64,000 bases of DNA from an uncultured archaeon (GCA_963799775.1 CAWCYD010000003.1:1344001-1408000), one strand, 5' to 3'; shown: positions 20,738 to 32,525, numbered from the stretch's first letter. Translations and numbers: made by a program. The notes: generated by a model not told the origin, from the letters alone.

Positions 20738-22007
20738 ATGCAGGGGAGTTCAGAGCTTTCAGGTTTCTACAAGCTCAGTATGCAGGAGAGGCTCGAGCTC
20801 CTGCGGAAGCTGGCAGGATTGACCGAGGAGGAGGCCGCTACCTTGGCGAACACGGGAGGCCTGCCGGGCGAGGTCGCGAACAGGATGATCGAGAACGTCG
20901 TCGGAGGGATAACGCTCCCCCTCGGGATGGCGACCAACTTTCTGATCAATGGGAAGGACTACGTCGTCCCGATGGCGCTGGAGGAGCCGTCGGTAGTCGC
21001 GGCGGCCTCGAACGCTGCGAAGATCGCTCGATTGAAGGGAGGGTTCAAGGTCACCAACACAGGCCCGGTGATGATAGGGCAGATCCAGACGGTGAGGGTG
21101 CCGAATCCCAAGGGGGCGGCCAGGAAGGTGTTGGCGAAGAAGAAGCTGCTCCTGGAGAGGGCGAACGCCCAGGACCCGATGCTCGTCTCCCTAGGAGGCG
21201 GGGCGAAGTACCTCTGGGCCAGGGTCATCAAGACGCTCAGGGGGCCGATGGTGATAGTCGAGCTCTTCGTGAACTGCGGCGACGCGATGGGAGCCAACGC
21301 CGTGAACACGATGGCCGAGGCGGTGGCGCCCATGGTCGAGGAGATAACGGGGGGGAAGGTGTACCTGAGGATAATCTCGAACCTGGCCGACAGGAGGCTC
21401 GTCAGGGCGACCGCCATCTTCGAGAAGGAGGCGCTGGGCGGGCCTGAGGTCGTCGAGGGCATAGTCTACGCCTACGCCTTCGCGGAGGCCGACCCCTACA
21501 GGTGCGCGACCCACAACAAGGGCATCATGAACGGGGTGATCGCCGTCGCACTCGCTTGCGGTCAGGACACGCGGGCGCTCGAGGCTGGTGCGCACAGCTT
21601 CGCCTCTCGTTCCGGCGCATACAAGCCACTGACCGTCTGGAAGAAGACAAAGGACGGAGACCTCATGGGCATCCTGGAGATGCCGATGGCCGTCGGGCTG
21701 GTGGGGGGAGCAGCGAAGGTACACCCGGCAGCAAAGGCCAACGTCAAGGTCCCTCGGGGTAAAATCCGCGGTCGAACTGGCCAACATCATGGGTGCGGTC
21801 GGGCTCGCCCAGAACTTTGCGGCGCTCCGCGCGCTCTCAGCAGAGGGGATCCAGAGGGGGCACATGAAATTACATGCCAGAAACATCGCCGCGTCAGCAG
21901 GGGCGACGGGGAAGATGGTGGACCAGATAGCCGACCAGCTAGTGGCGGAGAAGAAGATCAGGATGGACAGGGCCAAGGAGATCCTGGACAGCCTGTCCAA
22001 GACGTAG
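20738..22007 (+). CDS. mvaA: HMG-CoA reductase, class II (frameshift ~21755)
   Basis: [41 protein letters not shown]. Confidence 0.92.
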
Positions 22008-22016
22008 GGCGACGCT

Positions 22017-22493
22017 TCAGACTGTGGCGGTCATCGGAGTGCTCGGTTTGGGGACCGTGTCACTCTTCGAGCTGTTCGTGCGCCTCGCGTCGATAAAGTC
22101 GAAGACGGTGTACCCGTAGGAGCAGACTAGCGCGAGGACTACGAGGTAGATCAGGCCCGAGCTCTCGATCCCTCCCGACCCTAGCGCAGACCCGAGGGAG
22201 CTAGGTAGGAGGAGGAAGATGTAGTAGAAGAGGGCGATGTCCACTAGCCCTCCCCCTATCTTGCCGAAGAGCCAGGGATAGTCTCCCTTCGAATAGCCAT
22301 TCCTGCAGAAGCTGGTGACGGCGAAGAGCGCGCCGAACAGGATGAAGACCTCCCACCTCTCCGTCGAAGGAGGGAGCTTGAGGTAGCCCGCGAAGAGCGG
22401 AGACAGGTAGTCGAGGGCGAGGGGGATGACGACCCCTATCAAGACGAAGATGACCACGGCGGACGAGATCCCTTTGGAGAGCTTCAGCGTCAT
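22017..22493 (-). CDS. Hypothetical membrane protein
   Basis: About four TM segments. Confidence 0.65.
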   Translation of the reverse strand: MTLKLSKGISSAVVIFVLIGVVIPLALDYLSPLFAGYLKLPPSTERWEVFILFGALFAVTSFCRNGYSKGDYPWLFGKIGGGLVDIALFYYIFLLLPSSLGSALGSGGIESSGLIYLVVLALVCSYGYTVFDFIDARRTNSSKSDTVPKPSTPMTATV

Positions 22494-22497
22494 TCTC

Positions 22498-22977
22498 TCA
22501 CTGCCCCAGGCTCACCGTTATCGACCAGAGGCCGTTCTCCTGGAGAGTCATCTGGCCTCCTCCGCTGATCTGCTGCCCCTGCATCTGTGAGATCGCGCTG
22601 GGCGGGATGTCGAGGGTGAGGTTGAGTGCCCCGGAATGGAACGCAGGGAGGTCGACGCTCGCCTTCGGGGTCTGGTAGACCGTCGTGCCGTTCTCGGAGA
22701 GGCTCAGCGAGAGGGAGACGCTGGCAGGGAGGAACCACTTGTTGAACGCGGGAACGATGACAGAATGCGTCCCGTTGAGAGTGGCGGAGGACGAGAAAAT
22801 CTGCTGCAGCTGCGCCTGGACGCTCCCCAGGTTGACGCCGAGGCCTATCTCGTTGTTCGGCTGGATCTGCGGCGTCACGGCTCCGAGTATGGGGGCGGCG
22901 ACGACAAGGAGGATGAATATCCCGATGATGATGGACGCGGCCCGGAAGGCATACTTGCCGACCTTGATGCCGTTCAA
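22498..22977 (-). CDS. Hypothetical membrane-anchored protein
   Basis: N-terminal TM followed by a beta-rich domain. Confidence 0.6.
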   Translation of the reverse strand: MNGIKVGKYAFRAASIIIGIFILLVVAAPILGAVTPQIQPNNEIGLGVNLGSVQAQLQQIFSSSATLNGTHSVIVPAFNKWFLPASVSLSLSLSENGTTVYQTPKASVDLPAFHSGALNLTLDIPPSAISQMQGQQISGGGQMTLQENGLWSITVSLGQ

Positions 22978-23122
22978 ATTGTCAGCGACGCTTCAGGGGG
23001 CAGTTCGAGTATAATATGATTTGTAGAGCCAGGCTCTATCCGCGGCACTTATTTTCAATCCCGGACGCTCAATCGCGGCGAAGAGTTAATTCTGCCTCGA
23101 TGTCGCGACTCCCTGACCTGCC

Positions 23123-24061
23123 TTGGGTGAACTCGTCACAGAGGGGCTGACAAAGCGCTACGGCGGCAGCGCGAAGGCCTTGGATGCGGTCAGCTTCTCT
23201 GCGCCGTCGTCCGGAATCTTCGCGCTCATCGGCAGGAACGGCGCCGGGAAGACGACGCTTGTGAGGATCCTCGCGACCGAGCTCGAGCCCACGGCGGGGA
23301 GGGCGTCCATCAACGGGCTGGACGTCGTCAGGGACGACAAGAAGCTCAGGGAGAGGATCGCCATCGTGCCTCAAGAGGCGAGGACCATCTCGTGGATGAC
23401 CCCAAAGCAGTCGGCGACGTCCTACCTGATGTGGAGGGGGTTCTCGATCTCCGAGGCGAGGAAGCGGGCCGACGAGTCTCTGGCTAGGTTGAAGCTTGAG
23501 AAGTCCGCGGACAAGCTCAACCGTCTCCTCTCAGGGGGCACGAAGAGGAAGGTGCTGACGGCGATGGTGCTCGCCTCCGAGGCTGACATCATCTTCCTCG
23601 ACGAGCCCACCACAGGGCTCGACCCCATATCGAGGAAGGACTTTTGGGAGATACTCCGGGAGCTGGCGAAGGACAGGTTCATCTTCCTAACCACGCACTA
23701 TCTCGAGGAGGCCGAGCAGCTGGCCGACACTCTCGGCATCCTTGGCGCAGGACGGCTGGTCGCGGTGGGCTCGGTCCCGTCGATAAGGGGGATGACCAGG
23801 CACCAATACAGCGTCAAGCTCCCGGCGAACGCAGAGGTGCCGAGAGTGACGCAAGGGGAAGTGATCAAGGGAAGGAACGGAGAGGTCCAGATATTCACGA
23901 CCGAGGACGAGGCCTTTGATATCTCGAGGCGGCTGTCGGTCTCCGGGACGAGGTTCTCCGTCAGCCCTGTGTCGTTGGACGACATCTTCTTCCAGCTTGT
24001 CGGGGAGTCCCCGCTGGAGCAGGAGGCTCCGGTCGGGGCCGAGGGAGGGTGGTCGGCGTGA
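23123..24061 (+). CDS. ABC transporter ATP-binding protein
   Basis: GRNGAGKT, LSGG, FLDEPTTGLD. Confidence 0.93.
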   Translation: MGELVTEGLTKRYGGSAKALDAVSFSAPSSGIFALIGRNGAGKTTLVRILATELEPTAGRASINGLDVVRDDKKLRERIAIVPQEARTISWMTPKQSATSYLMWRGFSISEARKRADESLARLKLEKSADKLNRLLSGGTKRKVLTAMVLASEADIIFLDEPTTGLDPISRKDFWEILRELAKDRFIFLTTHYLEEAEQLADTLGILGAGRLVAVGSVPSIRGMTRHQYSVKLPANAEVPRVTQGEVIKGRNGEVQIFTTEDEAFDISRRLSVSGTRFSVSPVSLDDIFFQLVGESPLEQEAPVGAEGGWSA

Positions 24062-24801
24062 AGCGGAGCCTCTCGAGCCAGTTCCTTGCCTCTGTCCTGG
24101 TGAACTCCATCTACGAGATGAAGAACTACCCCATCAACCTCGTAAACACGGTCATCGCGCCCATCTCGTTCCTGCTCGTCATCGACTTTGTGAGCAAGGG
24201 GGCGCTGATCGGCCAGGCGATAGAGGGAGGCCTCATCATGAGCATGTTCCAGAGCGGGATGTCGCTCCAGGGTGACATCTCTCACCTCAAGAACGACTTC
24301 AAGCTGCAGGACATGCTGGTGAGCTCGCCTGCCTCTCCGGCGGTCTATGTCCTTGGGATGGCGGCATCGGAGGTCATCTACAGTCTCCCAGCGCTCGCCC
24401 TCCTGGTCGTCCTGGGGGAGATCTACATCCACCCGAGCATCTTCGTCGCACTCGAGCTCACGGCAGCTCTTCTCCTCATGTTCTTCACCTCGGTCACGAT
24501 AGGCTTCATGTTCGCGACGCTCTCGAGCGACATCGTCCAGAGCTTCGCCTGGTCGAGGCTTCTCACCACCATTTTCACCGCGATAACGCCCGTTTACTAT
24601 CCTATCACCTACATCCCGCTACCTTTCAGATATCTGGCCTACCTCTCGCCGACGACCTACGTGGCTGAGATAATGCAGAACGCTGCGGGATACCTGCAGT
24701 TGAGCCCGAGCGCTGCCGCCACAGACTGGGCGGTCGTGGTGGGGCTCGCGGTCGTCCTCTTCTTCATCGTGTCCCGGAACGCGAGATGGAAAGAGGTCTA
24801 G
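24058..24801 (+). CDS. ABC-2 type permease
   Basis: Six TM, PVYYP...YLSPTTY; GTGA overlap with the ATPase. Confidence 0.88.
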   Translation: MKRSLSSQFLASVLVNSIYEMKNYPINLVNTVIAPISFLLVIDFVSKGALIGQAIEGGLIMSMFQSGMSLQGDISHLKNDFKLQDMLVSSPASPAVYVLGMAASEVIYSLPALALLVVLGEIYIHPSIFVALELTAALLLMFFTSVTIGFMFATLSSDIVQSFAWSRLLTTIFTAITPVYYPITYIPLPFRYLAYLSPTTYVAEIMQNAAGYLQLSPSAAATDWAVVVGLAVVLFFIVSRNARWKEV

Positions 24802-24850
24802 GCAGAAGAATGCCCTAATCGTTTAAGCCCACGAGGACCGAGCCCTCGAG

Positions 24851-25633
24851 GTGGCTATGCCTCGCATGCAATACCGGACGGACATGTATCACGGGATGCT
24901 CGCAGAGACTGTGATGATGAGGGGGAACAACGGGGACACGATCAACGCGTACCTCGCTCGCCCGCTCGGTCCCGGGCCGTTCCCCGGGATGGTCCTCATC
25001 CATCACGCCCCTGGATGGGACGAGTGGTATTGGGAGGCGGCGAGGAGGTTCGCGCACCACGGCTATGTCGCGATGGTCCCGAACCTCTACTACCGCGTCG
25101 GCCACGGGTCACCCGAGGACGTGGCCGCGAAGGTCCGCGCGTCGGGTGGCGTGCCGGACGACCAGGCGGTCGGCGACATATCCGGGGCGAGGGACTACCT
25201 GAAGGCCATGCCGACATCGGGGAAGTTCGGCGTCTTCGGGACGTGCTCTGGCGGGAGGCAGGCGTTCCTCGCCGCATGCAGGACCAAGGCGTTCGACGCG
25301 GCCGTCGACTGCTGGGGAGGCCGGGTAGTCATGAGCAAAGAGGAGCTGACCCCGAACTATCCCGTCGCTCCTATCGACTACACGAATGGACCTGTCTTGC
25401 CCCTGCTGGGCCTGTTCGGCGAGGAGGACCAGTTCCCTCCGCCTCAGCAGGTTGCCCAACAGGAAGAGGCGCTCAAGAGTTTCGGGAAGAAGTACGAGTT
25501 CCACATGTACCCAAAGGCCGGGCACGGGTTCTTCTACTACGACAAGCCGATGTATAGGCAGGAGCAGGCGGTCGACGGCTGGAAGAAGGTCTTCGACTTC
25601 CTTGAGAGGAACCTCGGCGACGGGAGCTCTTGA
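24851..25633 (+). CDS. Dienelactone hydrolase family protein
   Basis: GTCSGG nucleophile, EED, AGHGF. Confidence 0.9.
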   Translation: MAMPRMQYRTDMYHGMLAETVMMRGNNGDTINAYLARPLGPGPFPGMVLIHHAPGWDEWYWEAARRFAHHGYVAMVPNLYYRVGHGSPEDVAAKVRASGGVPDDQAVGDISGARDYLKAMPTSGKFGVFGTCSGGRQAFLAACRTKAFDAAVDCWGGRVVMSKEELTPNYPVAPIDYTNGPVLPLLGLFGEEDQFPPPQQVAQQEEALKSFGKKYEFHMYPKAGHGFFYYDKPMYRQEQAVDGWKKVFDFLERNLGDGSS

Positions 25634-25648
25634 GGAGGCATCGAGAGA

Positions 25649-25993
25649 ATGTGCACAGGGCTGATCCAAAAGGCTAAGGTCGACGGCGCGGGCAAGGGAG
25701 CTGACGGCTGGTTCAAGCTGGACGAGCTGAGCGTAACCTATGACTGCTCCTATCACACCAGCTCGCCTACGGGTGTCAACATCGACTTCTTCAACGAGAA
25801 GAAGGGGCCGGGCGCGAGGGTGGCCGTCGAGCTTACGCCGACCTCCGCCATGAACCTCGTTCACGCGATAATGGAGTCGCTCTATAGCGCGGGGATCGAC
25901 CCTGGAGAGGCTGCTCTGGGCATCGTCGCGACCAAACCGGAGACGAGCGCGGCCCAGCACGAAGCCCTCGGGCGTCCCGAGATCAGGAACTGA
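25649..25993 (+). CDS. DUF6295-like protein
   Basis: MCT..GAGKG.DGWF..YD..H..NIDF..RVAVEL. Confidence 0.7.
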   Translation: MCTGLIQKAKVDGAGKGADGWFKLDELSVTYDCSYHTSSPTGVNIDFFNEKKGPGARVAVELTPTSAMNLVHAIMESLYSAGIDPGEAALGIVATKPETSAAQHEALGRPEIRN

Positions 25994-26004
25994 GAGCCTG
26001 CCAG

Positions 26005-26439
26005 CTAGGGCACGGTCACAACAGGAATAGGCGAGTTCTCGATTATCCGTCTCGATGTGCTCCCGAGGGCACGGATCATCCCTAGCCTGTGCAGCCCAGT
26101 GACGCCCACGACTATCATCGCGGACTTTCGCTCCTTCGCCTTGCTGAGGATGAACTCGACAGGGTTCCCGACGCCGTAGATCTTCTCGACTGTGAGCTTC
26201 TCGCTCTTTATCCTGTCGTCGAGGTCGCCGAGCATCCTGTCGGAGAACTCTTTGTAGTAATCGTCCTGGTCAGGCGCGTCTTCCTCGATCGCCTTTTCGT
26301 ACTCGTCGGGGACGTTGAGCTTGGGAGCGACGTAGGCGAGGACAACCTTGGCCCTCATCGACTTTGCCAGCGCAACAGCCATGTCCACGACCTTCCCGGA
26401 TTGCTTGCTCCCGTCCACCGCCACCAGAATCTCTGTCAT
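26005..26439 (-). CDS. Universal stress protein
   Basis: ILVAVDGS, LGSTS..I...PVVTVP. Confidence 0.9.
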   Translation of the reverse strand: MTEILVAVDGSKQSGKVVDMAVALAKSMRAKVVLAYVAPKLNVPDEYEKAIEEDAPDQDDYYKEFSDRMLGDLDDRIKSEKLTVEKIYGVGNPVEFILSKAKERKSAMIVVGVTGLHRLGMIRALGSTSRRIIENSPIPVVTVP

Positions 26440-26502
26440 TCGAGAGCGAAGGGCCTTCTCCCGTTTATTTAACTACGAGGGGCGATTCTCAGTTCGGGGA
26501 GG

Positions 26503-28168
26503 GTGGCGCCAAGGATAATGAGCCACCTCGAGCGAGGGAGCGCGTTCTCATTGCGTCCGATAGGAGAGGTCGCCGCGGAGCTGGGCATTGATGTGAACCA
26601 GCTGACGCTTTACGGCAACTACAAGGCAAAGGTGCCCATCTCGACTCTGAAGGGGAGGCCCCTAAAGGGAAAGCTCGTCCTCGTGACGGGGATCACCCCC
26701 ACCCCCCACGGGGAGGGGAAGACCGTCGTCTCGATAGGGTTGGCCATGGCCATCAGGCTCATCGGGAAGACCTCGGTCGCGTGCATCAGGCAGCCTTCCC
26801 TAGGGCCTGTGTTCGGCGTCAAGGGAGGAGGGGCGGGGGGCGGGAGCTCCACCATCGAGCCGATGCAGGAGATCAACATGCGCCTCACCGGCGACATCGA
26901 CGCGATATCGTCGGCCCACGACCTCCTCGCCGCCGCGATAGACAACCACGTCTTCCACGGCAACGCGCTCGGGATAGACACCGAGGCCATCCTATGGCCC
27001 AGGGCGCTGGACGTCGAGGACAGGGCGCTGAGGGACGTGAGGGTGGCGCTGGGCGAGAAGAACGGGACACCCCACGAAGGGAAGTTCATCATCACCGCCG
27101 CGTCCGAGATAATGGCGATCCTCTGCCTCAGCAGAGACTACGCGGACCTAAAGTCCCGGCTGGGGAAGATGGTCGTGGCCTACGACAAGCTTGGAAGGCC
27201 GGTCACCGCGACCGACCTGAAGGTCGTGGGGGCCATGGCAGCGCTCCTGAAAGAGGCGCTGGAGCCTAACCTTGTCCAGACCAGGGAGGGGACGCCCGCC
27301 CTGGTCCACGGAGGCCCGTTCGGGAACATCGCGCACGGGGACCTGCAGCAACATCTCGATCCTCCTCGCGCTACAGTCCGCGGACTACGCCATCGTCGAG
27401 GCGGGTTTCGGCAGCGACCTCGGGGCTGAGAAGTTCGTAGACATCGTCACCCGGACCGCGGGCGTCCAGGTCGGGGTCGCCGTCATCGTGGCTACCCTCA
27501 GGGCGTTGAGACACCACGGCGGGAAGGCCGACTTTGACCGCCCGGCTCCGGAGGCGGTGAAGGCGGGCCTCGCCAACCTCGGAAAGCATATCGAGAACGT
27601 ACGCACGCTCGGCATTAGGCCGGTGGTGGCCTTGAACCTCTTCGAGGGCGACGGGAATGAAGAGGTCCGGCTGGTCTCTTCTTTCTGCGCCGGCGAGGGC
27701 GTCCCCTTCGCGAAGACGACGGCATACTCGGAGGGAGGCGAGGGGTCCAGGCTCCTCGCGGAGCTCGTCGTCGAGGAGGCTGTGGGGGAGGGCAGGTGCG
27801 TCCCTGTCTATCAGATGGACGACCCGATCAAGGAGAAGGTGGACAAAGTCGTGAAGAAGATGTACGGGGGCTCGGGTGTGGCCTACTCAGGGACTGCGAA
27901 GTCCGAGCTCGAGAGGATCGTGAGGCTCGGGTATCAAGGGTTGCCGATATGCATCGCAAAGACCTCCAACTCGCTCTCGGACGACGCGAAGCTCGTAGGC
28001 CGGCCCGTGGGGTTCGTGGCGACCGTGCACGACGTCGAGCTCGCGGCGGGAGCAGGGTATGTCATCGTCGAGATGGGCGAGATATCCCGGATGCCCGGCC
28101 TTCCATCGGTCCCAGACGCGGAGAGGATCTCGCTGAGCGACGACGGCGTGATCTCGGGCGTAGTCTAG
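26503..28168 (+). CDS. fhs: Formate--tetrahydrofolate ligase (frameshift ~27340)
   Basis: TPTPHGEGKT, KGGGAGGG, HGGPFGNIAHG, EAGFGSDLGAEKF. Confidence 0.93.
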
Positions 28169-28178
28169 AAGAGGCGCG

Positions 28179-29069
28179 CTAGATCGTTATCCCGAACACG
28201 GCCCGCATTATGCTTCCGAAGACGTAGAGGGCCGCGGTCGCGCCTAGCATCACGCCTGCCAGCTCTGAGAACTCCCTAAGGAACCTGCTCCCGACTATGA
28301 TCGAGTTATACCAGGTCACGAATGCGATTATCGTCAGGCCGATCACCACTGACAGTGTTATCGCGAGGATCATCGTCTTTGTGAGGAAATAGGGGAGCGC
28401 GAGCAAGATGGCGGCGATGAAATATGAGCCGCCTGTGTAACCTGCGGCGAGCCCGGGCGACCCCTCGAAGCCCTGTTTTGCCTGGGCGTAAGCCGCGGAG
28501 GCCATCGCCAGCGATGCCGCTGCTCCTGCGACTATGCCGGCCAGGCCCGTCAGCTCCGTGGAGTTGTAGATGCCCAGCGAGCCCGCGTGGATCCCCGCAA
28601 TCTCCACCAGCGCATCCGCGAGGCCGAGCACGATGAAGGAGATGTACTTCACGTACGTGCCTGCGACGATGTCTGCGAAGGCCGTCTCGTGCCCCTTCTC
28701 GTCCTCGATCATCGACTGGAAAGCGGGCTTGTCCTCGGGGGGGACCGAGGGCATGAGCTCCTCGTACTTCTTGACGGTCGACTTCTCGCGTCGCTCCAGG
28801 AATTTTATCGCGAAGGAAGCCCCGAAGAGACGGCGGAGGAAGAGGACCAGATTGACTGTCGCGCCCTTCGGGCGTATCTCCTTCGTGTCCTGGGGGGCGT
28901 ATTTCTTCCAGAGCTCGTAGTGGGTGTGCTCCATCGCGCTGAGCTTCTCGAACATCTCCTTGTTCGCCTTTGACTTCTCAGAGGCGGCGAGCCGCCGATA
29001 GGTCGTGTAGTCGGTTATCTCGTCCCTAGCTTCTCCCACGGCCACCTCCGAGAGCTCCTGCTTCGACAA
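28179..29069 (-). CDS. Rubrerythrin/ferritin-like plus VIT1/CCC1 membrane protein
   Basis: E..H motifs, then LGLADALVE, ASLAMASAAY. Confidence 0.85.
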   Translation of the reverse strand: MSKQELSEVAVGEARDEITDYTTYRRLAASEKSKANKEMFEKLSAMEHTHYELWKKYAPQDTKEIRPKGATVNLVLFLRRLFGASFAIKFLERREKSTVKKYEELMPSVPPEDKPAFQSMIEDEKGHETAFADIVAGTYVKYISFIVLGLADALVEIAGIHAGSLGIYNSTELTGLAGIVAGAAASLAMASAAYAQAKQGFEGSPGLAAGYTGGSYFIAAILLALPYFLTKTMILAITLSVVIGLTIIAFVTWYNSIIVGSRFLREFSELAGVMLGATAALYVFGSIMRAVFGITI

Positions 29070-29193
29070 CGCGCTACTCCCCTCCCTCGCGATGTCCGGG
29101 GATTAAACCTTGACAGGCGGTTCTCAGGCTTGAGGACGCTACGCAGCCCTCGGCTCTCTACATGCGAGCGGTTGCGCCGAAATATGCGTAGCT

Positions 29194-30117
29194 TTAGAGG
29201 GACAGGGTGAGCTTCTGGAGCTTCCAGGGCTTCATGACCAGGTCCCATCTCGACAAGACGTGGGCGCCGTCTTCAAGGACAAGGACATCGTGTCCTTTGA
29301 TTGTCAGGCTGCCGATGTCTTGGACGGCGGCATGCGGTGAGACAGTCGTCGCCTTCATCCCCCGGATCTCAGAGAGGCTGACGTCAGTCCATGACTCCGG
29401 CTTGTCCCTCGCGGCCTTGAGCCCGTTCGGAGAGAAGAGGAACGCGAGTATGTGCCTATCTGAGATGAACTCGCCCGACTTGCCGCTCAAGAAGAGTCTT
29501 CGGATCCTCTTCTCGCACATCATCTTCATCGCATCGATCAGCTTCATTTCAGGGTCCACTGAGACTAGGTCAGAGGCGACGTCCTTGGCCTCCAGCCTGC
29601 ACCTCAGTTTTCCCTCAGCGTAGAGCGAGACCACCTCCATCAATGTGATGAGCGTGTTAGGGGGCGTGTCCGCCTCTGCCCTTGCGTCTCCAAAGCCGGT
29701 GGTCTCGTAGAGTTGAAGCAGGTGCTGCAGAGTGTCTTGATAGTCCAGGGAGCCGATCCAAGTCGTGGTCGTTGAGCAGGGAGCCCAAAGTGCCTTGTAG
29801 TATTCGCTGGGCTTTGTCGCCACGATCATCCGGATGACGGGGAGTCCACCGATAGCCTGGAAGATCTTCGACTTGCGGTTACCTGGGGTCCCTGGCCTCC
29901 CTGGCGCGAGCCTCTCCTTGACAATCGGCAGCATGGGGGAATCATAGATGGACAGCATCGAGGCGGCTACTATGACAGGGGTGTCAAACGTTGTTACGGG
30001 CCTGGGAATATCGAAGAGTCCCGGGAACAACTTCGAGAGGGGCGCGTCGAGAGGAATTCCCATCTTATACATGGAAAAAACCGTTTGCACTCCATTTAAG
30101 ACTTGTGAAAATGACAT
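29194..30117 (-). CDS. CBS domain protein
   Basis: C-terminal CBS-like repeats; start uncertain (30072 or 30117). Confidence 0.65.
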   Translation of the reverse strand: MSFSQVLNGVQTVFSMYKMGIPLDAPLSKLFPGLFDIPRPVTTFDTPVIVAASMLSIYDSPMLPIVKERLAPGRPGTPGNRKSKIFQAIGGLPVIRMIVATKPSEYYKALWAPCSTTTTWIGSLDYQDTLQHLLQLYETTGFGDARAEADTPPNTLITLMEVVSLYAEGKLRCRLEAKDVASDLVSVDPEMKLIDAMKMMCEKRIRRLFLSGKSGEFISDRHILAFLFSPNGLKAARDKPESWTDVSLSEIRGMKATTVSPHAAVQDIGSLTIKGHDVLVLEDGAHVLSRWDLVMKPWKLQKLTLSL

Positions 30118-30167
30118 GATATCATATCCCTTCCACCGAAAATTTGTCTTGGTGAGGGAGTTGCACT

Positions 30168-30608
30168 CTATTTTTTGAGCGTGGACTTGCCCGTCTTCAG
30201 GTAGGCGTCGTCTCCCGTGAGCCAGTCCTCTCGAAGCGGGCTGAAGCTGTCTATGTCGTCGCAATCCTCCAAGGCAACCGCCGAGTGGACGACGTTGGGC
30301 GGGATTACGAGGACATCCCCCGCCTTGACCATGATGTCCTTCCCGTCGATCGTGAACCTCAAAGAGCCGCTGATCACCATCGTTATCTGCTCTGCGAGGT
30401 GCTTGTGGGGAGGGACGGTCGCGCCCTTCGCCAGGGTCAGGCGGCCTATCATCTCGTTCTTTCCGACCGCGAGCTTCCTGGTTATCTTGTCGTTCATCCT
30501 CTCCTCCTTGACGTCCGACCATCTGATCAGCTGTGGCTTCTCCGCCGCCTTCTTCCACTTCGCGAGCTTGTCTCGAGCCAACCTGATGCTATTACCTCTC
30601 CAGCCCAC
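30168..30608 (-). CDS. Cupin domain protein
   Basis: PPHKH.AEQ, IPPNVVH, DSFSPLREDW. Confidence 0.88.
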   Translation of the reverse strand: MGWRGNSIRLARDKLAKWKKAAEKPQLIRWSDVKEERMNDKITRKLAVGKNEMIGRLTLAKGATVPPHKHLAEQITMVISGSLRFTIDGKDIMVKAGDVLVIPPNVVHSAVALEDCDDIDSFSPLREDWLTGDDAYLKTGKSTLKK

Positions 30609-30669
30609 CGCCGTCGCTTGATTTAACGTGTGGCGTCTCGAGCAAGCCTTGCCCTCGAGGAGTCGACCT

Positions 30670-32266
30670 TCAAGGGTGCACTTCCTTGCCTGTCGTCCCG
30701 TCCAGCCAGACTATCCTCTTCTTCCTCTTCCTAAGAAGCTCGACCCTGTAGAGAGGGTAGACGAAGCGCTTGAAGCTTTGGACGTCAGCGTAGGGTATCA
30801 GGCCCTTCAGCACCTCACGGACGCCCGCCTCCTCGAGCTTGTACTCCTCGGTCTTCCCCTTGGAACCATCCACCGTCTCCAAAGGACGCTCCGATTCGTG
30901 CCACGGTGGGTCGGGGAAGCTGAAGACCCGGCGGAAGACCTTGGACTTGCCCATTTGGATCGACCTGACGAGCCTCCTCTCCTCGAGTGACCCGCATGGG
31001 GCGTCTGAGCATCTCCTTGGAGATGCCCACCTTGTTCGCGACCTCCAAGATGCTCATGTCCCTGTCCGCCTTGACTTCGCGGAGCACCTCGATCTGCTCG
31101 GAGGTGAGCCCCATCAGCCGCTGGAATCCCTCGAACATCACAGGACCGTCTCCGAGCTCTACGAACTTCCCTGTCCGGCCGTCGAGGATGAGGTATCTCA
31201 TCTCGATCCTTCTCTTTATCCTTCCCGTCCTTAGGGCGACCCCGACCTCCACGAGGGGATGGAAGACGAGCTGCGCGTTCGCTACGACCTCCTCCCTCCC
31301 GAAGAAGACGAAGCTCTTCTCCCGTTTCACGATGGTCGGGATGTCCTCCACGTGGAAGCTCGGGTTGACACCCGGGACATCACCTCCCCGCGCCTTCATA
31401 GACCCCTGTGAGTGCGTGGCAGCTGCCGCGGACTTGGAACTGAACGGCCTGACGACGCGCGTCCCCAATTTCGGCGTCGAGCCGCCGTGGCGCGTGTCCT
31501 TCTTTCTTATCATGATTGACCTTGCGTTGGCGGAGAGGCCGCCCATGGCGAAGAACCTTCCGGGCTCGAGCGTGGTCAGGTGCTTCGGGAGCTCGTGTCC
31601 GGGAAAGAACTGGGCCACGGCCTGAAGGTCGTTCTTGATGACGAGCTTGCCGATCAGCTGGTTGCCGCATTGGCTCAGGATGTTCTTGTCGACGAGCGAG
31701 GGGCGCTGGGTGCAGACCATCAGCCCCATCCCGCGTTTCCTGCCCCTCCTGGCGACCTCGCCGAAGATGGGGGCCCTCTCCCCGTTCTGGGGGATGAGCC
31801 TGTCGGCCTCCTCGACTATCACGAGGTAGGGAGTCCTCCGCCTCTCGACCTCCTCGTAGATCGCGGAGAGAAGACCGCCAACGGCCTGCTTCGGGTTTTC
31901 AGTCTCAGAGACGTCGAGTATCAGCGGCGCGATGTCCGGCGCCTGGCTCGCAAGCTCGGCGGCGTCGAGTGTCGACCACCTGAGGTCCGAGCCCTCGTCG
32001 TCGCCCACGACGATCACCTCGAACTTCTCCTTCAGGCCGGCGTGCTCGCCTTCGGTGTCGACCATGGCGAACGGGACCTGGTTCTTGCAAAGCTCCTCGC
32101 AGATCACACCCACCGCGTAGCTCTTGCCGCTGCCGCTCGCCCCGATTACGCACGTCCTCCCCGTCGCGATGATGTTGGCGTCGACCTCGAATGGCGTCTC
32201 GCCATCCCAGCCGATGTGGAGGACGGGTTCGTGGGCGTCCGGCCCAATTTGCGTGGGCCTCTCCAT
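30670..32266 (-). CDS. HerA/DUF87 ATPase with C-terminal wHTH (frameshift ~30985)
   Basis: GASGSGKS, DTEGE, EEAD, RRGRKRG, TQRP. Confidence 0.85.
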
Positions 32267-32525
32267 GGGAGCGTGAAGCGGGCCTGAAGGGATTTAACGG
32301 TTCGCCTGTCACGAAGTTACTGCTTCTTGGCCGTGGAGAGCCGGATGTGCTTCATCCTCTGGTCCGGCTGCCCCTCCGATGCCTCCGCTTCTTGGTAGAG
32401 AGAACGATTGCTATGTCGTAGGGGCTTAAGTATATGGTGAGCCTCCCCATGAAGAGACATCAGGAAATGCTCGCCCTTCTTCACGCCCGTCATCTCAGGA
32501 TCACGGGCCGGCGCAGAGGCCGTCG

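Noticed and set aside
20738-28168. Programmed frameshifting in mvaA or fhs
   Set aside because: No convincing slippery site; indels are spread across many unrelated genes
30118-30558. N-terminal part of the 454-aa ORF
   Set aside because: Alternative frame over the cupin gene
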